Positions 39,401-53,081 of a stretch of DNA of 64,000 nt are shown piece by piece. The notes below the pieces were generated by a model that saw only the letters and a program-made list of their open reading frames with translations, did no database searches and had not been told where the DNA came from. The position numbers and the translations under genes were made by a program. The DNA lies in the NCBI RefSeq assembly GCF_008831285.2, contig NC_045138.2:35836001-35900000 (forward strand), written 5' to 3'. Each line of letters begins with the position of its first letter. The first letter of the stretch is position 1. Source of the DNA: Nymphaea colorata (Eukaryota).

Positions 39401-42400
39401 CTGACATTTTGTGTTATTTACCAAATCATGTGTGGATCCCTTCAACTCACACAGCACAGTTGCAGAATCTGCTCTAATAGGACAATTGAAAACCTGACAT
39501 TTAGAGATCCAATGATTCAAAATAAGATCCAGAGAATTCCATCAAAATAAGCGCTTAACATGCTTGGAACAAATATTTGGGAGGCTGCTAGACAAGCAAG
39601 CTGACTAAACAGTCATCAAGAGGGCAAGAAGAATTTGCAAGGTACTTACTGCAAAACCAGCAAAAATCAGATCACTTTCCACCAAATCTCTTTCCAAGTT
39701 CCTGGCCTCACTGACCTGAGCCCAAAAAACCATGGAATACCAATTACAACATAAAATCCACACTTGTTTGGATGCGATGAGTGCTACTTCAGTTTTTGCT
39801 AAAAGAAAACAAAAAAGCTAAAAGTAGGTCTCGTATCCCCTGGATTGTATATTAAATTATTAATGCTTTAATACAATGGCACTGGCCGCCCGTTGAATGT
39901 TCATAAATGCACTCCATATGAAGCTAGAACTGGTGCTTCTGTGAAGTGCGCTAATATGAACTCCTCATATGACATCACAATAGCTAATCGTCAAATTACC
40001 TTGCAACAATTGTTTACAAAAAAATCAAAGAAAAAATGACATAACCGGGAAGAGTTGCAGAACACAGAGCTTCAGCAAATTACTATATTCAAAGCTTCAG
40101 CAAATTACTATATTCAAAGCTTCAGCAAATTACTAAATTTTAATTTTGATCCACTTACGGTCATTTCAGGAATAGACTTGTATGCAAGGGCCAAAACTCT
40201 AGAGCCCTGGCGAGTAAATTGCTTATAGGTGTCAACATATCCTTGCGGCAATTCAGTCAACCGCCCTTGGATCGTTTCTGGAGCACCCTGTACAGTGAAA
40301 CACTTAAGTCAGTGCTAAATGAACACTTCTTATCATAACAGATTACTAATTGCATGACAAGTATCAATCAAGTTAAGAAAAGAAATTCATGTTTCAGGAA
40401 CAGAAATAAGAAACAGTGACAAAAAAGATTTTACATTCTATCAACTACAAACTAACCATCAACCCTGTAAAGCAGTACAGAAGCCAACCTCAGACCAGAT
40501 TACCATGGAAGTTTAAAGAAGGAAAACATGCACATAATTACAACATCTTGGGAGGGTAAGATCAGATTACAGACGTGATCTAAAGGTATGAGAAATGGGT
40601 AATGGAACATGTCTTAGGTGCAAATGAACTCTTCGATGGACCATGATGGATAGATTTGGTCAGACTGCTGATGATTTCAGGGGGATAAGAGTAATGCCTT
40701 GGCTTATTTTGAGAAAACTGAAAAGAAAAGGATCTTTCAATTAACAGTTAAATGACGTATTGAGATATCAAATTTTGAATATCTAAAAGAACCTATATGC
40801 ATAACACATGATGCAGTAACATGGTTGAAATGTAGTATTCTATCAAGTAATGCCTCTAGAGTCATAGATTATACTTTAAGATCTCAGGTCTGAATCTTCT
40901 TGAAAAGCGTTGACTATTGTATTACTATTCTCATCATCAGAACATATAGCTGACCTTGGAAAAAGGAAACACCATGCATTCACATTCAATAGTAATTACA
41001 TTCATATTTTAGTAATTACTTACACAAATTAGAGTTCAGTGAGACATGATTACTTGACCATTTCTTAAGCAAACTCATGGTGTGAACTCTTTGAAATTTA
41101 TTTCTGCTATTGGAATATGCAAACCACACGACACAGGTTAGTAAACTACTAACATGGTAAATAGATCATATAAGCACATCCATACGGTTGAAGCCTAGGT
41201 ACACACAAACAAAACTGCAGACAAACTTATTGGCCAACATCATATAGAAGAATCTTCTCAGCTAACTATTTATCCTTTTCCTTTTCAATTTCTATACTTC
41301 TAGATGGGATCCACATACCACAGCAACTGGCTTTTTCTGTGAAAATATCAACAGAAGGTGTTTCCTTCTCTATAAATTAATGAGACTTAACACTTAATTT
41401 CAACATGCATAGGGCCATGACTATATGTTAACAGTGACTAACCTTCACAAACGCAAAAAATTCTTCTTGAACACGAACAACAACTGCCATTCGTTTCAAA
41501 TGAGAAGCAAAATGATGTCGTTGGATGATTTGTACAGCATGTGTGCTTCCCCTGCCAAAGCGTAAATGAATAGTGAGTTCCTTAATAGACACCGATCAAT
41601 ACTGCAGAACCATGTGAAAAAGGCACTTTCCTCAGAAATATTAGCATAAAGCACTTCTAGGAAAGCGAATAAGGCCCCTTCATTATGAATTTCCAAGTTC
41701 CAACACATAGGCAGCATTATAAGTTTCATATTGCAATGATGCATAAACCATCAAAATCATGACTTTGTAACAAACACACACATTACTAACAAATAAAGAG
41801 TAACTAATTATCAAATTTGTAACAGGTGATAAATATTTATGATAGTTTTGAATAATTCATATCTCCCTTGTCCCAAAATTTTCTTAACTTCACATGTTAT
41901 TTTGAAACATGAAAGAGAAAAGCTTGACTTTTTTCTGGAGCAATCAAATTAGAAAGAAATAAACAATAACAAATCTGCAAATGCACATTATGACTTCTAA
42001 AATGGTGTTTGACCTCCACAGTCAGACAAGGAACGGATAAACATGCCCATCCAACCCACCACCTGATCATACAAACATATATGCACACATGAACAATTTC
42101 CAATAAGAATTCTGCAACATGTTTGTCCCAAGTGGACTTTGAAAACAGCTACCTTTAATACATAATTATAACGACCACCTTTGTCAGACTTCATAAGGGA
42201 GTAAAGGAAGGCTGTTCCTTTTTTACAAGGGAAAATACCCCCATTACTGGCCAGAAATTGGCAGAACCCTTGAGCCTACCCCAGCCTACCAGCAACTAGA
42301 TCAAGCTTTGTTCTTGCTGTGAGGAATGTCTTATTGGGCTTCAAAACTCATAACATCACATCTACTTGATGATGTTCACAACCCCTGTCAATCAAAAGGT

Positions 42401-45400
42401 GCTAAGAGGGGAAAGTGAAAGGTGTCAAGTTGAAGAGCCAGAATCAAGTCTCAAACCTACCATTGTCGCATCAACCTTTCCAAGGTGTTACCCTCATAAG
42501 TGATCGGGCTCACCCTCAATTAGCACAAGCCCTTGTAGGCCAGTCAAATAAATACCTAGTGTTTGTACCATGATTATTTGCAGACAGTTATAATGTGTGC
42601 TTTAATAGATTTCAAAAGGCATCCTCAGCACTGTCAATTTAACAACATTATACTCGAAAATTGCAATCTGGGTCAAACATCAGCAGTTAACCTCTAAAAT
42701 CAATTCACTAGATCATGGACTTTTCCTGCATCTATCAGAAAATTCCCTTCCAATTTCAACAAACTTGAAAGTTGAACCAAATAAAAGACACTTCAAATTT
42801 ATGTAAAAGATGTAAGAAGCTTGCTCTTCCTGTTAAACTGATATCTTAAATTGAGCATATTTTTAGTAATTTGAATACTGGTGCCTCTCTTTCTTTTCAC
42901 ATCTACAAGGATTCACAGATAAACACAAGAAGTTACGGAAATAAAGAAACAGCATTTTCAGCCAATGAAGTGCCTTGCAATTTGTTGTGTCGATAATTGA
43001 CCCAAGCCTTGATTTTGATTACTACATCAATAAAATAGTATTTCAGAGATATTTAGAAATCACAGGAGCCGACTCCATAACCCGCCAAATAACCCTTCAT
43101 CTTCCACCAGCTTCTGTTCTTTCAACTTTACCGAACATAATAGCACTTTAATTACATAGCTATAATTTCAATTATCTAGAAAGTGACGAGCAAAAAAGAG
43201 GCCAATTGACTTATTCCTTCAAAGAGGAAATTTACCAATCTGACGGCAATGGCACGGGAGGGTTTAAGATAAAACTTGATTGAAATCCCCAAAAGGCTAA
43301 ATGTGCAACCGTTCAAGTTAAGAACCTCAAACCACCTAATATCCCTTCATCGTCCACCAGTTTTTTTTTTTCATGAACTATAACGCCATTTCCTCTCTAG
43401 AAAGTGACAAGAAAAACGAGGCCAAGATTGCCCTTTCATTCTAACTATCTGGATGGAAATGACACAAGAAGGTTAAGGCAAAACTTTTGACTGAAAACTT
43501 TAAGAGCCTAGACATACAACTGTTCGATATAAGAACAACCAAGCCAAAAGGATCAACTGCAGATGCCTATAGATCAACTTACCTTTTAGGCACGGCCTTC
43601 TCATCAGAAGTGTATGTCCAGTCTATCCCTTTAATTGCTGCCTTCTCAAGTGGGTCACCAACCTACATATTGAAAACCACCGCAACTGAATCACCATAGA
43701 ATTCTAAAGTGCTTGCAGAAATCCTTAATGTCAAAAATGTAAGCTGGAGGAAATGAACAAAAAGGTCACTCATATTTTCGCCTTACCAATTTATTGTCCA
43801 CAAACACCAACGCATGACATGCAGCAAGGATTTCTTGGGTACGTAATGGAATTTTACTTGTATCAGATTCTAATTCCATACTTGAAGTCAGGCCAACAAC
43901 CCCCCTAAACTCCTGATGAGCACCACCTATGAATCAGAAACTTGAACATACACATTTTACATAAATTCTTGCATACCAAAAAGGTTTCCAGGATGTCATA
44001 CCATATCATCTGATGTAAGTGTACCAGTCTTGTCAAAACAACATATATCAACCTAGAAATGATAAAATAACAACATATCAGTAAATCAAATGACTGCATA
44101 GGATGCATGAGAAGAACATGAACAAAATTCTAGAGAAATCCACTGACCTTCCCAGCAAATGGAATTCGAAATGGTTCTGTGCAAAAAATACCACGGCGTG
44201 CTAGTGCAATCAATGATGTATTGACAGCAATGGAGAGTTCCATAGGAAGCTCAGGTGGGATCACAGAAGTAATAATTAGTGAACAACTTAGGAAGAGTTT
44301 GTACTTGCTTCTTGATGGATCCTCTAGTCCCTGGATTGATGATACACACATACGATGTAAGTCAATCAGAATAAAGGTACATGTGTTGGAAGAAATTTAT
44401 ATAAAAAGTTCAGACTCAAATTATCATGCTTCTAATTGCAGATATGTTCAATAGAAGCCCTTTGGCTGGTGCTTGATTGAAAGAAGTAGCTGACCTTTTT
44501 CAGAACATAACCAGCAGCAATAAGTGCAAAAACAACTAGAAACAGAATGAACAACCCACTTTCCCAGCTATTTGCAGTAACCTGAGAATAGGAAACATGT
44601 CCCTTATTAGTACAACAATTGAAGAAAGTAAACTCAGACAGTGATTTAGCAGAAAATTTTAGCATAATAACTCAAAACTAGTGTACCCTCTCGGTGGAAA
44701 ACAAGATTGTCCTCATCAGCTTCCCTTGACTTGTCTCAAATCCAGTACGTAATACAACGGCCAAGCACCCTCCATCAGGCGTTTTCAGATGCACTGCCTA
44801 CAGATCTCAGAAAAATCATAAAACTCTCTCAAAAGGATGGGTAAGGAGTAGCAGCTTGAAGTACCTTATCTGGAGTATGCTGCAAGATTTTTGTCCCTCC
44901 AAACAGGATGTGATTTTTGTCTCTCCTAGCAGATAATTTCTCTTCCATACCTCTACCTGATATTGAAACCTAACAGAATAAAAGACAAAATAAACAAACA
45001 TGCCACCAAACTTATCTTTGCAACCAACTGAACAAACTGGCATCATTATGAAAATCATCATTCGGAATTATTCAGGTAGAAGAAGATTCATTTACGGGGC
45101 TCTACAACAAATACAGAAATTTGAGCCAAGGTTTCATCCTGGAGAAGCTCAGTACAACCTTTCCCATGCAAAAACAAATTCTGGCGTATGTGTGCATCTA
45201 TGAGATTGCTAGTTTGAAAGGAACACAATTATATCTTAACCCACAACCAGGACGTGTCAAGATTTCTCAATATCAAACTCCCATCTTATTTTATCACAAG
45301 ATTTTGTCTTACTAAGACCTGACCGAGATTGATATTTTTGTAACTATTATGGGCAGCAGTCCTGTACAACAGTTTGCAGAAATAATGATGCTGGCATCAA

Positions 45401-48400
45401 AGGTAACTGGTTGCTGCCATCTCCTCCATGAAGATTGATCACAGGCATGGCTAGAAACCTGTGAAAAGTATGCTTATGCTACCACTTACCGATAGAGGGC
45501 CTGCTTTGGACAACTTAGATTGAAAAGAGTCTCTTCTTTTGACCATCAAAATTATGGTGTAATGGAACAGGTCAGTCAAGTGACACTGGCCACAATGGAT
45601 GGAGCCATGCCACTCGCCTCTGTTCAATTCATTGAGGGGATGAGACAGAAAAATGCTTTTACAAATGTCCCACACCCCACACATGTAAAATGCATGAGCA
45701 TAACCCCATGAAGAAATAAATCAATACCTTCCACTGAGGAGTAGATTCGCCTGTCAGAATTGCTTCATTTACTATTGCACTTCCTGCTAGCAAAAGCATA
45801 TCTGCAGGGACAGATCGATCCTCTCCACTTTGACCAGAAGAGCGTCCAATGGAAACAACATCACCAGGAAGGAGGTCCACTCCGGACAGCTTCACCCACC
45901 TATGCAATCAAACAATAACAGCATCTCAGTATAGCAGCCATTGGCAGCATAAGGTTGTGATAGGAACTGCAATCAACCAAATCATCTCATAACATACTTC
46001 CCACATCGATGCACCATAATTGTCTGATTATCAACCCTCACACGCCTCAGCTCTGTCAATGTTTTTAATCGACTCTTTGCCATTGTTGATTCAAACAAAA
46101 ATAACATGAATAAGGTGAACAAACTATAGTACCAATACTCGTCGAGACACCAAAGGCCCACACAGAAAACCTAAACATGAATAACATAGAAAAATCAGCA
46201 ATTAACAGGAAAGAAGCTGTCTCAAGGCAAAGACTAATGAAAAGCTCCCAACTACTTGCCTGGAAAACAAAGAAAGGTTCCATGCAATGCTCCTTCATCA
46301 GCTTCTGGAATGTTGGTTGGGGGTAATCAAACCTAAACAATCGAAGAGAGCAGCAGGCGGTTAGCTGGTTGCTTATCAAATTAAATACAAATAAGGCCGC
46401 TCTAGCATTAACTGAACAAAAGAAACTAAAATGATATCTAAGCACAGGTGGAAAAATGCACAACATTCTGTACCTAAGTCTGCAATGCTCACATTTGGAC
46501 TTTTTTCTACAGTACTTGACCTTTCATGCCATTTTCCCTCACATAAGAATGAGACATACACAACTCACGAATCCGACAGGTAAAGGCAAATTGCATATTT
46601 CTCAAATTTTAAGTTCATAAAATACAATCAAAATAGAATTCAGAAAATTTTCACACTGGATAGATAACTGGGCCACCCAAACTATTAATAATTTAATACT
46701 CAGATTGGACAGAAAACCCTAAAGCATTGTCACAAATATCATTTTTGGGTATTAAAAGGTGAAGTTTTTCTTGGTTATAATACGGCAGAATTGTTTTTCT
46801 CAGGAAAATCTAGGAAAGTATTAAAAAATAAAAAAGGAAAGATCCTAAAAATAACATGTGAAAAATGTGAAAATAAAAAATCTAGTAACTAAAAAATTAA
46901 AACGTGATTTTTTGGCTTTTTTTTAGAAAAAAAACACATTTTTTCCCCTTCTTCTTGGCTGACCTGTTTTTAATGATTTTTTCAAACAAACGTGTTTTCT
47001 GTAACACTGACCTGAGCAAGTGTGAGTATGAGTTCTCCAAATTGAAAACTAAGTTCCAGGTTAAAGACTGTATGTTGCAATAATAAAAATGCATCATGTT
47101 CTTAAGAGGATCATTCCAATGTGCTCTCAGACTACTTGAGAGGGGAAAATGCAAGGTTGAATGTTTGCACAGTCCTGTGACATAAAATTGAGCAATAACA
47201 TCTGACCATTTCCCAGAGTCAAGCAAGCGTGTCTCAGAGGTCATTCAGTATGCACACAACAAGCAGCATCGAAAGATATCAAAAGAACAAAAAAGGAAAA
47301 AACTAATTCAATTCCAATACCTAGAAAAGCTAAAGCATACTCTTCGAAAAAGTTGCCGCTCCCTAGTGCAGGTGCAGCAAAGGACAATTTGCTTTCTTTT
47401 TTTGGAATCAATGATAAAATCACAGGTTATTAACTGTTATTGTTTGTTAACATGCACACATACATATGTAACCTCGCTGCGCCCACACCGTGTGACAACA
47501 AAAAAGTTAAAATAATAGGATGATAAACAGCTTACACATTACGTCCCCATTTCTCAATAGCAGCAGAAACTTTTGCTTCTGAACCATGGCCTGTGTTTCT
47601 AAGATAAAATCCAAATGTTTCCTTTGATGGATAAGGAAGCTTGCAGAAATTCTTCATCTCATCTGAAAAAATAAACCTTTGCTTTCTAAAGTCAAAGTAG
47701 ATTTCTTCTGAATCAATAGTCTGGGATGTTGAAGACCCTGCCGTCTGCTTATTTGTAAACCCATCAAACGAGGAAAAGACAAACATAAAATACATATCAA
47801 GAACGATGTAAGTTGCATAAGTTAAACATAAGGAAGACTACATTGAAAGCTCCAAAAAGTAACGAATCAGCATGCGAACATACAGCCAATGGATATCAAG
47901 CTAAACCTGCAGAGTAAATCACAATTCACAACTCAGAATCCAAATCATATAATGATATTGGACACTAACATCATTGGAGTAGAGGGAGAGAATGCCACAG
48001 GGAAAAGGAAAAGTAACACCAAAGAGAACGACAACGCAACCACAAGGCACAGGGATAACAAACAGGCAGGCTATGAATGCCAAAATCAACAAGTGGTGCT
48101 TCATCACTACTTTCCAACCAACAGCCACATGAGAGAAGTATGTTCAGACATGGAAGTTAAAGCCAATACCCATGTTGGATTAGCATTAAAATTATCAAAG
48201 GGGGGGGGGGGGAGGGGAGAACAAAAGCTTGCATGGAGTCCATTTCAGAAGCTGAGATAAGCCCAGTATGGAAACGATCACAATCCCATTCAGCTGGAGC
48301 AGAAATATACTTCAAATAAAAATCTGGTTTCAGATGCTTCTGAAAGGGTTTAAGTGCACAAGTATTTCCACTACTACATCAGGGTTTTGGAATCAGCATA

Positions 48401-49803
48401 AATCAGTGTCGTGCTTAGTAATGCCATGTCAGTGCTCTCAAAACAATGTCTCTGTGATGCTTTTGATCTCCTTCAGAACTATCCCTAAATAACCCATGTG
48501 TACTAGACATATCAAACCATAGCAATGACTACAAGAAGAACCAGTCAGAAGAGAAGCAGATACTCTGTCATGAACAGACACTTGAGAGTTGAGAGTTCAA
48601 TTACTCGAAACAAAATTACGTATGAAATCTGGATCCTTCAGAAAGGTCAAGTATAAGTTCTATTCAAGCATTTTATGTAGCATTTTTGCATAGGTAAAAG
48701 AAACACCAAAGAGAAAGGATGAAGAACCTACAATTTTACGACAACAAAGTGGCACAATCTCCTTGGAACCAGAAAATTTTGCAGGAGTAATCTTGCAAGC
48801 ATCCGCATCATGAATACCCTTAGCCTGCAAAAAAAAAAACATAAATAATAGAGAGAAACAGAAGTGACAAGGTAAACACACCTATGAAAGAAGAAGAACC
48901 TAACAGACTGAAAAAATTTTAAAGAAAACCTAAGCTTCCTCATACATGGTAGGGTACCTATCTTATTGGAAACCACCAAAAGGAAAAGAAAAAGACAGAT
49001 TAAGGACCAAGATCCATTGAGCAAGATCTATTTCGAGTTTTGGTTATATATTGAATTTTGAACCTTATACTCTAACAACTTTGAAAATAACTGTTAAAGC
49101 AAAAAATAATCAAAAGTTTCTACCATATCGAACAAATTTTAGCTACTAACAACATGCACCCTTGAAACCAGACTGTAGACTTTGACTTCTAACATGGACT
49201 CCACGAACAATTCAAAAAGAAAAGTTCAACAGACTTCAATTTAATAATACTTGAAGTTCTCTTGGCACAATTGAACTTTCTGAATAGTCAATACACAAAA
49301 CTTATGCAGTATCCCTAGCAACTAAATTTTATAATAACATCCATGTCTGGCTTATAGCCTGAAAATAGATATGAAAACCACACCATGTAATTTGCCTTGA
49401 TGTGAAAATAATACACGACATGACAGGCATGTATAATGAACAATCAATAGAATTCAGGCGTGCTGTCAAACCAGCACTTAACATCTATGAAAAGAAATGC
49501 CTGGTTAATGAGTGATACTAACATCTTAAGCAAAGTTTGAAATCAATCATATACCTTACTATACTGAACAAAGCATCTGAAGTCAACTGACCAAGCAGTG
49601 AACAGAAACACTAGGATATGAACAACAGCTATCCCACCAAAAACTATAGCTGCATCAGTAAAGTCAAGACTTGGCAAGACTATGAAAACCCAAAGAGAAT
49701 ATATAATGGCAAACGGCCAGACATTCAAGCGCCAAAGCCAATGTCTCCGTTTCAACAAATCCACTCTCTCCACCACTTTCCCGTCAACCTGGAACCTCGT
49801 CAT
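36435..49803 (-). CDS. PDR2: P5A-type ATPase PDR2/MIA (Spf1/ATP13A1 orthologue), multi-exon (~20 exons)
   Basis: Start [17 protein letters not shown] (ATG 49801-49803); [27 protein letters not shown]5 motif [11 protein letters not shown] (~44240), phosphorylation site [10 protein letters not shown] (~44020-44045), [39 protein letters not shown]; large last exon 36435-37553 ([23 protein letters not shown]). A probable 5'UTR intron extends to ~50939. Confidence 0.97.
40068..40135. repeat. 25-bp minisatellite, ~2.7 copies, in a PDR2 intron
   Basis: agcttcagcaaattactatattcaa at 40068 and 40093, partial third copy at 40118. Confidence 0.9.
43088..43500. repeat. Diverged ~250-bp tandem duplication in a PDR2 intron
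   Basis: Collinear shared blocks cccttcatc(t/g)tccaccag, tctagaaagtgac, gaggccaa, aaaactt…ga(t/c)tgaaa in 43088-43290 and 43338-43500. Confidence 0.7.
46171..46259 (-). other. GC-AG intron in PDR2
   Basis: Exon ends …CCT TTC TTT GTT TTC CAG|GCAAGT; next exon TTTAG|GTT TTC TGT GTG GGC CTT TGG; splicing restores PFFVFQVFCVGLW. Confidence 0.85.
46747..47009. repeat. Second copy of the A-rich dispersed repeat, in a PDR2 intron
   Basis: gggtattaaaaggtgaagtttttcttggttataatac… and …aaacgtgttttctg align with 21475-21807. Confidence 0.6.
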
Positions 49804-52716
49804 CCTTTTCCTCAAAATTTTTCTTCAAAAACTTTCTGATGTCATTCCATGGTGAAAATGCAGGAATCTGGGGAAGAAAATAACAAAATCACTTAAATCA
49901 TCGATTTTTTGGAAGGTACACTAAATGCACAAATTGCAAAGTTACTGAACGTATCACTTACATAGGTTGAACCTTAAGTTTCACTAAAAACTACAGTAAC
50001 CACTAAGCTACACCATATGCAAAATTGCAAAATCACTGCTTGGCTCAGAAAGCTAACTAAAAAAAAAGCAGGCAAAAGTTCACCAGGTGGAAGAATGACT
50101 TCTGACGCAACAAGCAGAAACTAAAACCAAATAACGAAGTAATTTCATCTAAAAGACGATCAGCCTCCACGCTCGCCACAATTTTTTTTTCCTGATCTAA
50201 AAAGCATATGCATAATAGACGCATGTGAGAGAAAAATATCTCGTCCTAAAAATGAAGTTCAACACAAACTCTGTGATACGTCTTTTTGCTAATCAATTTG
50301 AAAATGTCAAATCACATTAGTCTTTCATTTATTCGATTCATCACTATTGAAGCAAAAAAAAAAGGATGGCACAAGGAGGCATCTAATTTATTGAACTATT
50401 GCCTCCCACGACAATAAACCATTAAAGTAAAGCAGCAAGAGCATTGGAAGCTTACTGAGACGTTAAGCCGGAATAATCACAAGCATTTAACAAAACCCTC
50501 GGGCTCACCCCAGTCCCCTGATAAAATAGTTCAAGAGTCATTTGACAACAATACTTAGAAGAGGAAGACCCAACGGAAACGAAGGAAAGGTGATTTAACA
50601 AAATCATATCCTGAATTAATCAGAAAACTGCCACTACTCCAAACTCAAGTTACTCCAGAACAAGGATCGCGAGGAAAAGACTAATAAAAAAAACAGGATC
50701 AATGATTCTAACTGTTTAATCAAATCATTAATCTGGCAACGACAAAGAAGAACACGAAGGAAAACATGAGACTGTGAAAGGACAAGATGCAACAGCCGGA
50801 AGAACGATGACCGATCGTCAATTCCTAGGGTTTTGACGACACATACGGTAAATCTTGACCAATTTAGCCAGATTATACACCAAAAAAGCACTAGAAGAAA
50901 CAGAAATTAGGAAGATCGAAGAGGCAGGGGACCGCTTACTGGACTTCGTTTGAAGGATGCGGCCGGAAGAGCAGCCCCCGATTTGCGATTGAAGGTGCAG
51001 AGGCGGCTTGTTGGAAGGGTAAAATAGCGATTTTACATGTCCACTCCCCTTCCCAGCGAAGGGATGCAAAGCAGGTCTTCCCCTTCAGCGCGAGTTTTCA
51101 GGGGCCATCGAAGCCCTCACCGGCCACAGCCCCTCCCTCTTTAAGACAATAAAATCACCGTTAATCTCCTCACCTTTTGAACAAATGACCAAGAAGCCGT
51201 GTCCGGCCTTGTCACTGGTCGGCGAGGACGTAAACGGGTCGGATCTCCAGCACCACAAAATCTAAACTGCTTTAAAATCTATTCGGATTCAGATTTGGAA
51301 CTCTCACTCACAAATCGATCACTCTTACATCTACTTTTTAAGAGATACACAAGAATTAAGATCGTCAGGTTTTCTAGACTTGCATGAATTGTCAGTCTAT
51401 TACCAAAGAAAACAATTGACAACTAAATCAAAGGCTCTGACAATTTAACTGAGAACTAAAGTTAGTCGGCTAATGGACGTTGTCACCAAAAACCATTGCT
51501 AAATCTCTTAAACATAGGGGCAATAGCGACGGTTCATGGCGCAAAGACAGTTCATGGTGCTTTGACATTAGTATATAGTGGTTCTAGTAATAAGATAAAA
51601 ATTTTTTAGTCATTCGGCAACATCTAGGATATCGCCCATTCCAATCTCCTAATTAAACTACCTTGTAACTTTCATTTGTATTGCCAATTTGGATTCTGGT
51701 CAATGTGAAGCCGAGCGAAGACCAGCTACAAATGTAATTGCTTGAAGATTTTGTAATTGCTATGAAATACTGGCGGAGTCAGAAATGTCTGGTTTCTTTG
51801 GTTCTTCCTTTATTTTGGACTCCTGCGAGGAGACGTAGATTTGAAGAGGGGTTAGGGACAGTGCTGTATATGTTGTTGGTATGCACCGTCTTTTTGTTGA
51901 TCGGTGGAGCGCTTCACAAGCTCAACTTAAACCTGCAAGTGAACATTTGGTTGCCCCAGTTTGATGGGCCAAGCTTGATAAGCTGGACCGGAATGAGTTT
52001 TCTCATAATAGAGAAAAAGTGTCTTCTAAGTTGGTCATCTTACTGAGAGTTCCGCGCCTGTTACTGTGTTCTTTCTTTCTTTCTCTATGTTGAATATAAA
52101 CTCACTCGCGGTCAATTTTTGTCGAATGTTCGAGATTGCGATCCAGGTTGCCTTAAAAAACTATTGTTAAAGAGTGTACTCGAATGATTGCAACTCTCTC
52201 GTCGTCTGCTTTCGCGTTGTTAAGCAAATCGTTGATCAAAATACACCGAAAGTATCCGATCATAGAGAATGAACGACAAAATGTAGCAAACCATATTAGT
52301 CAATTGAACAGTGAACATGCAAAATTCCCCCAAATGTCGCTGCAATCGACAGATTTAGGGCCTGAGAATCAACAAAAATTCAGAAGGCCGGCGAAACTTT
52401 TAAAGAACTACAGAACAGGAGGAAAGAGGGGGAAGAGGAAGATAGGGGTCAGCTTTTCATCGTCATTACGATCAAATACAATGATGATCTGCTCGAACTG
52501 TTGAGAAAAAAGTAACAGCTTTCTGAAAGTCGACGAGAGAAACCAACGATGTTATGATCTGGCCATCATCGGCTCTCTATGATGACCTGTGATTGCCAGT
52601 GGGTAGTCTTAGCAGAGAAATGGAATGAAGCTATTTCCACGGCGGAAGAGGAGAGCCTATTTGCCCTAGTTATTATACTCGATGAGTCCCTCTTGAAACA
52701 CCTCATACGTATGCGA

Positions 52717-52744
52717 AAGAGAGAGGGAGAGAGAGAGAGAGAGA
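52717..52744. repeat. (GA)n microsatellite
   Basis: aaagagagagggagagagagagagagag read directly. Confidence 0.85.
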
Positions 52745-53081
52745 ACAGAGTCGAAATCCATTTGACTACATGACAGGCAAGAGAACAAGAGACTTAACAA
52801 TCATCAATCCGTTGGATACATAACGAAAACATAAATCTTGAAGACAGATTGACATTGAGAATTAAGCCAAATCAGCCAATGCTTTTACTATTGAACAAGA
52901 TTACCACCACCAATACACAGGTAAATCAGGCCACACAAAAAGGCACACGAAGCCTCAAAAACAATCGCCACTACCAAAAACCTCGTATAGTACTCCTACA
53001 GACTCACACCCCATGAAAATTTTCAAACTAAAAAAGGAAGTGGCATGAAAAAAATATACAGTCGCATTATCAGCTCAAATT

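Noticed and set aside
45997..46008. TCCCACATCG, resembling the plant snRNA upstream sequence element
   Set aside because: It is the reverse complement of PDR2 coding sequence (HRCGK) at an exon end; no TATA box or snRNA follows
52481..52526. ATGATGA…CTGA, resembling a C/D-box snoRNA
   Set aside because: Only ~46 nt, no convincing terminal stem and no recognised rRNA guide sequence
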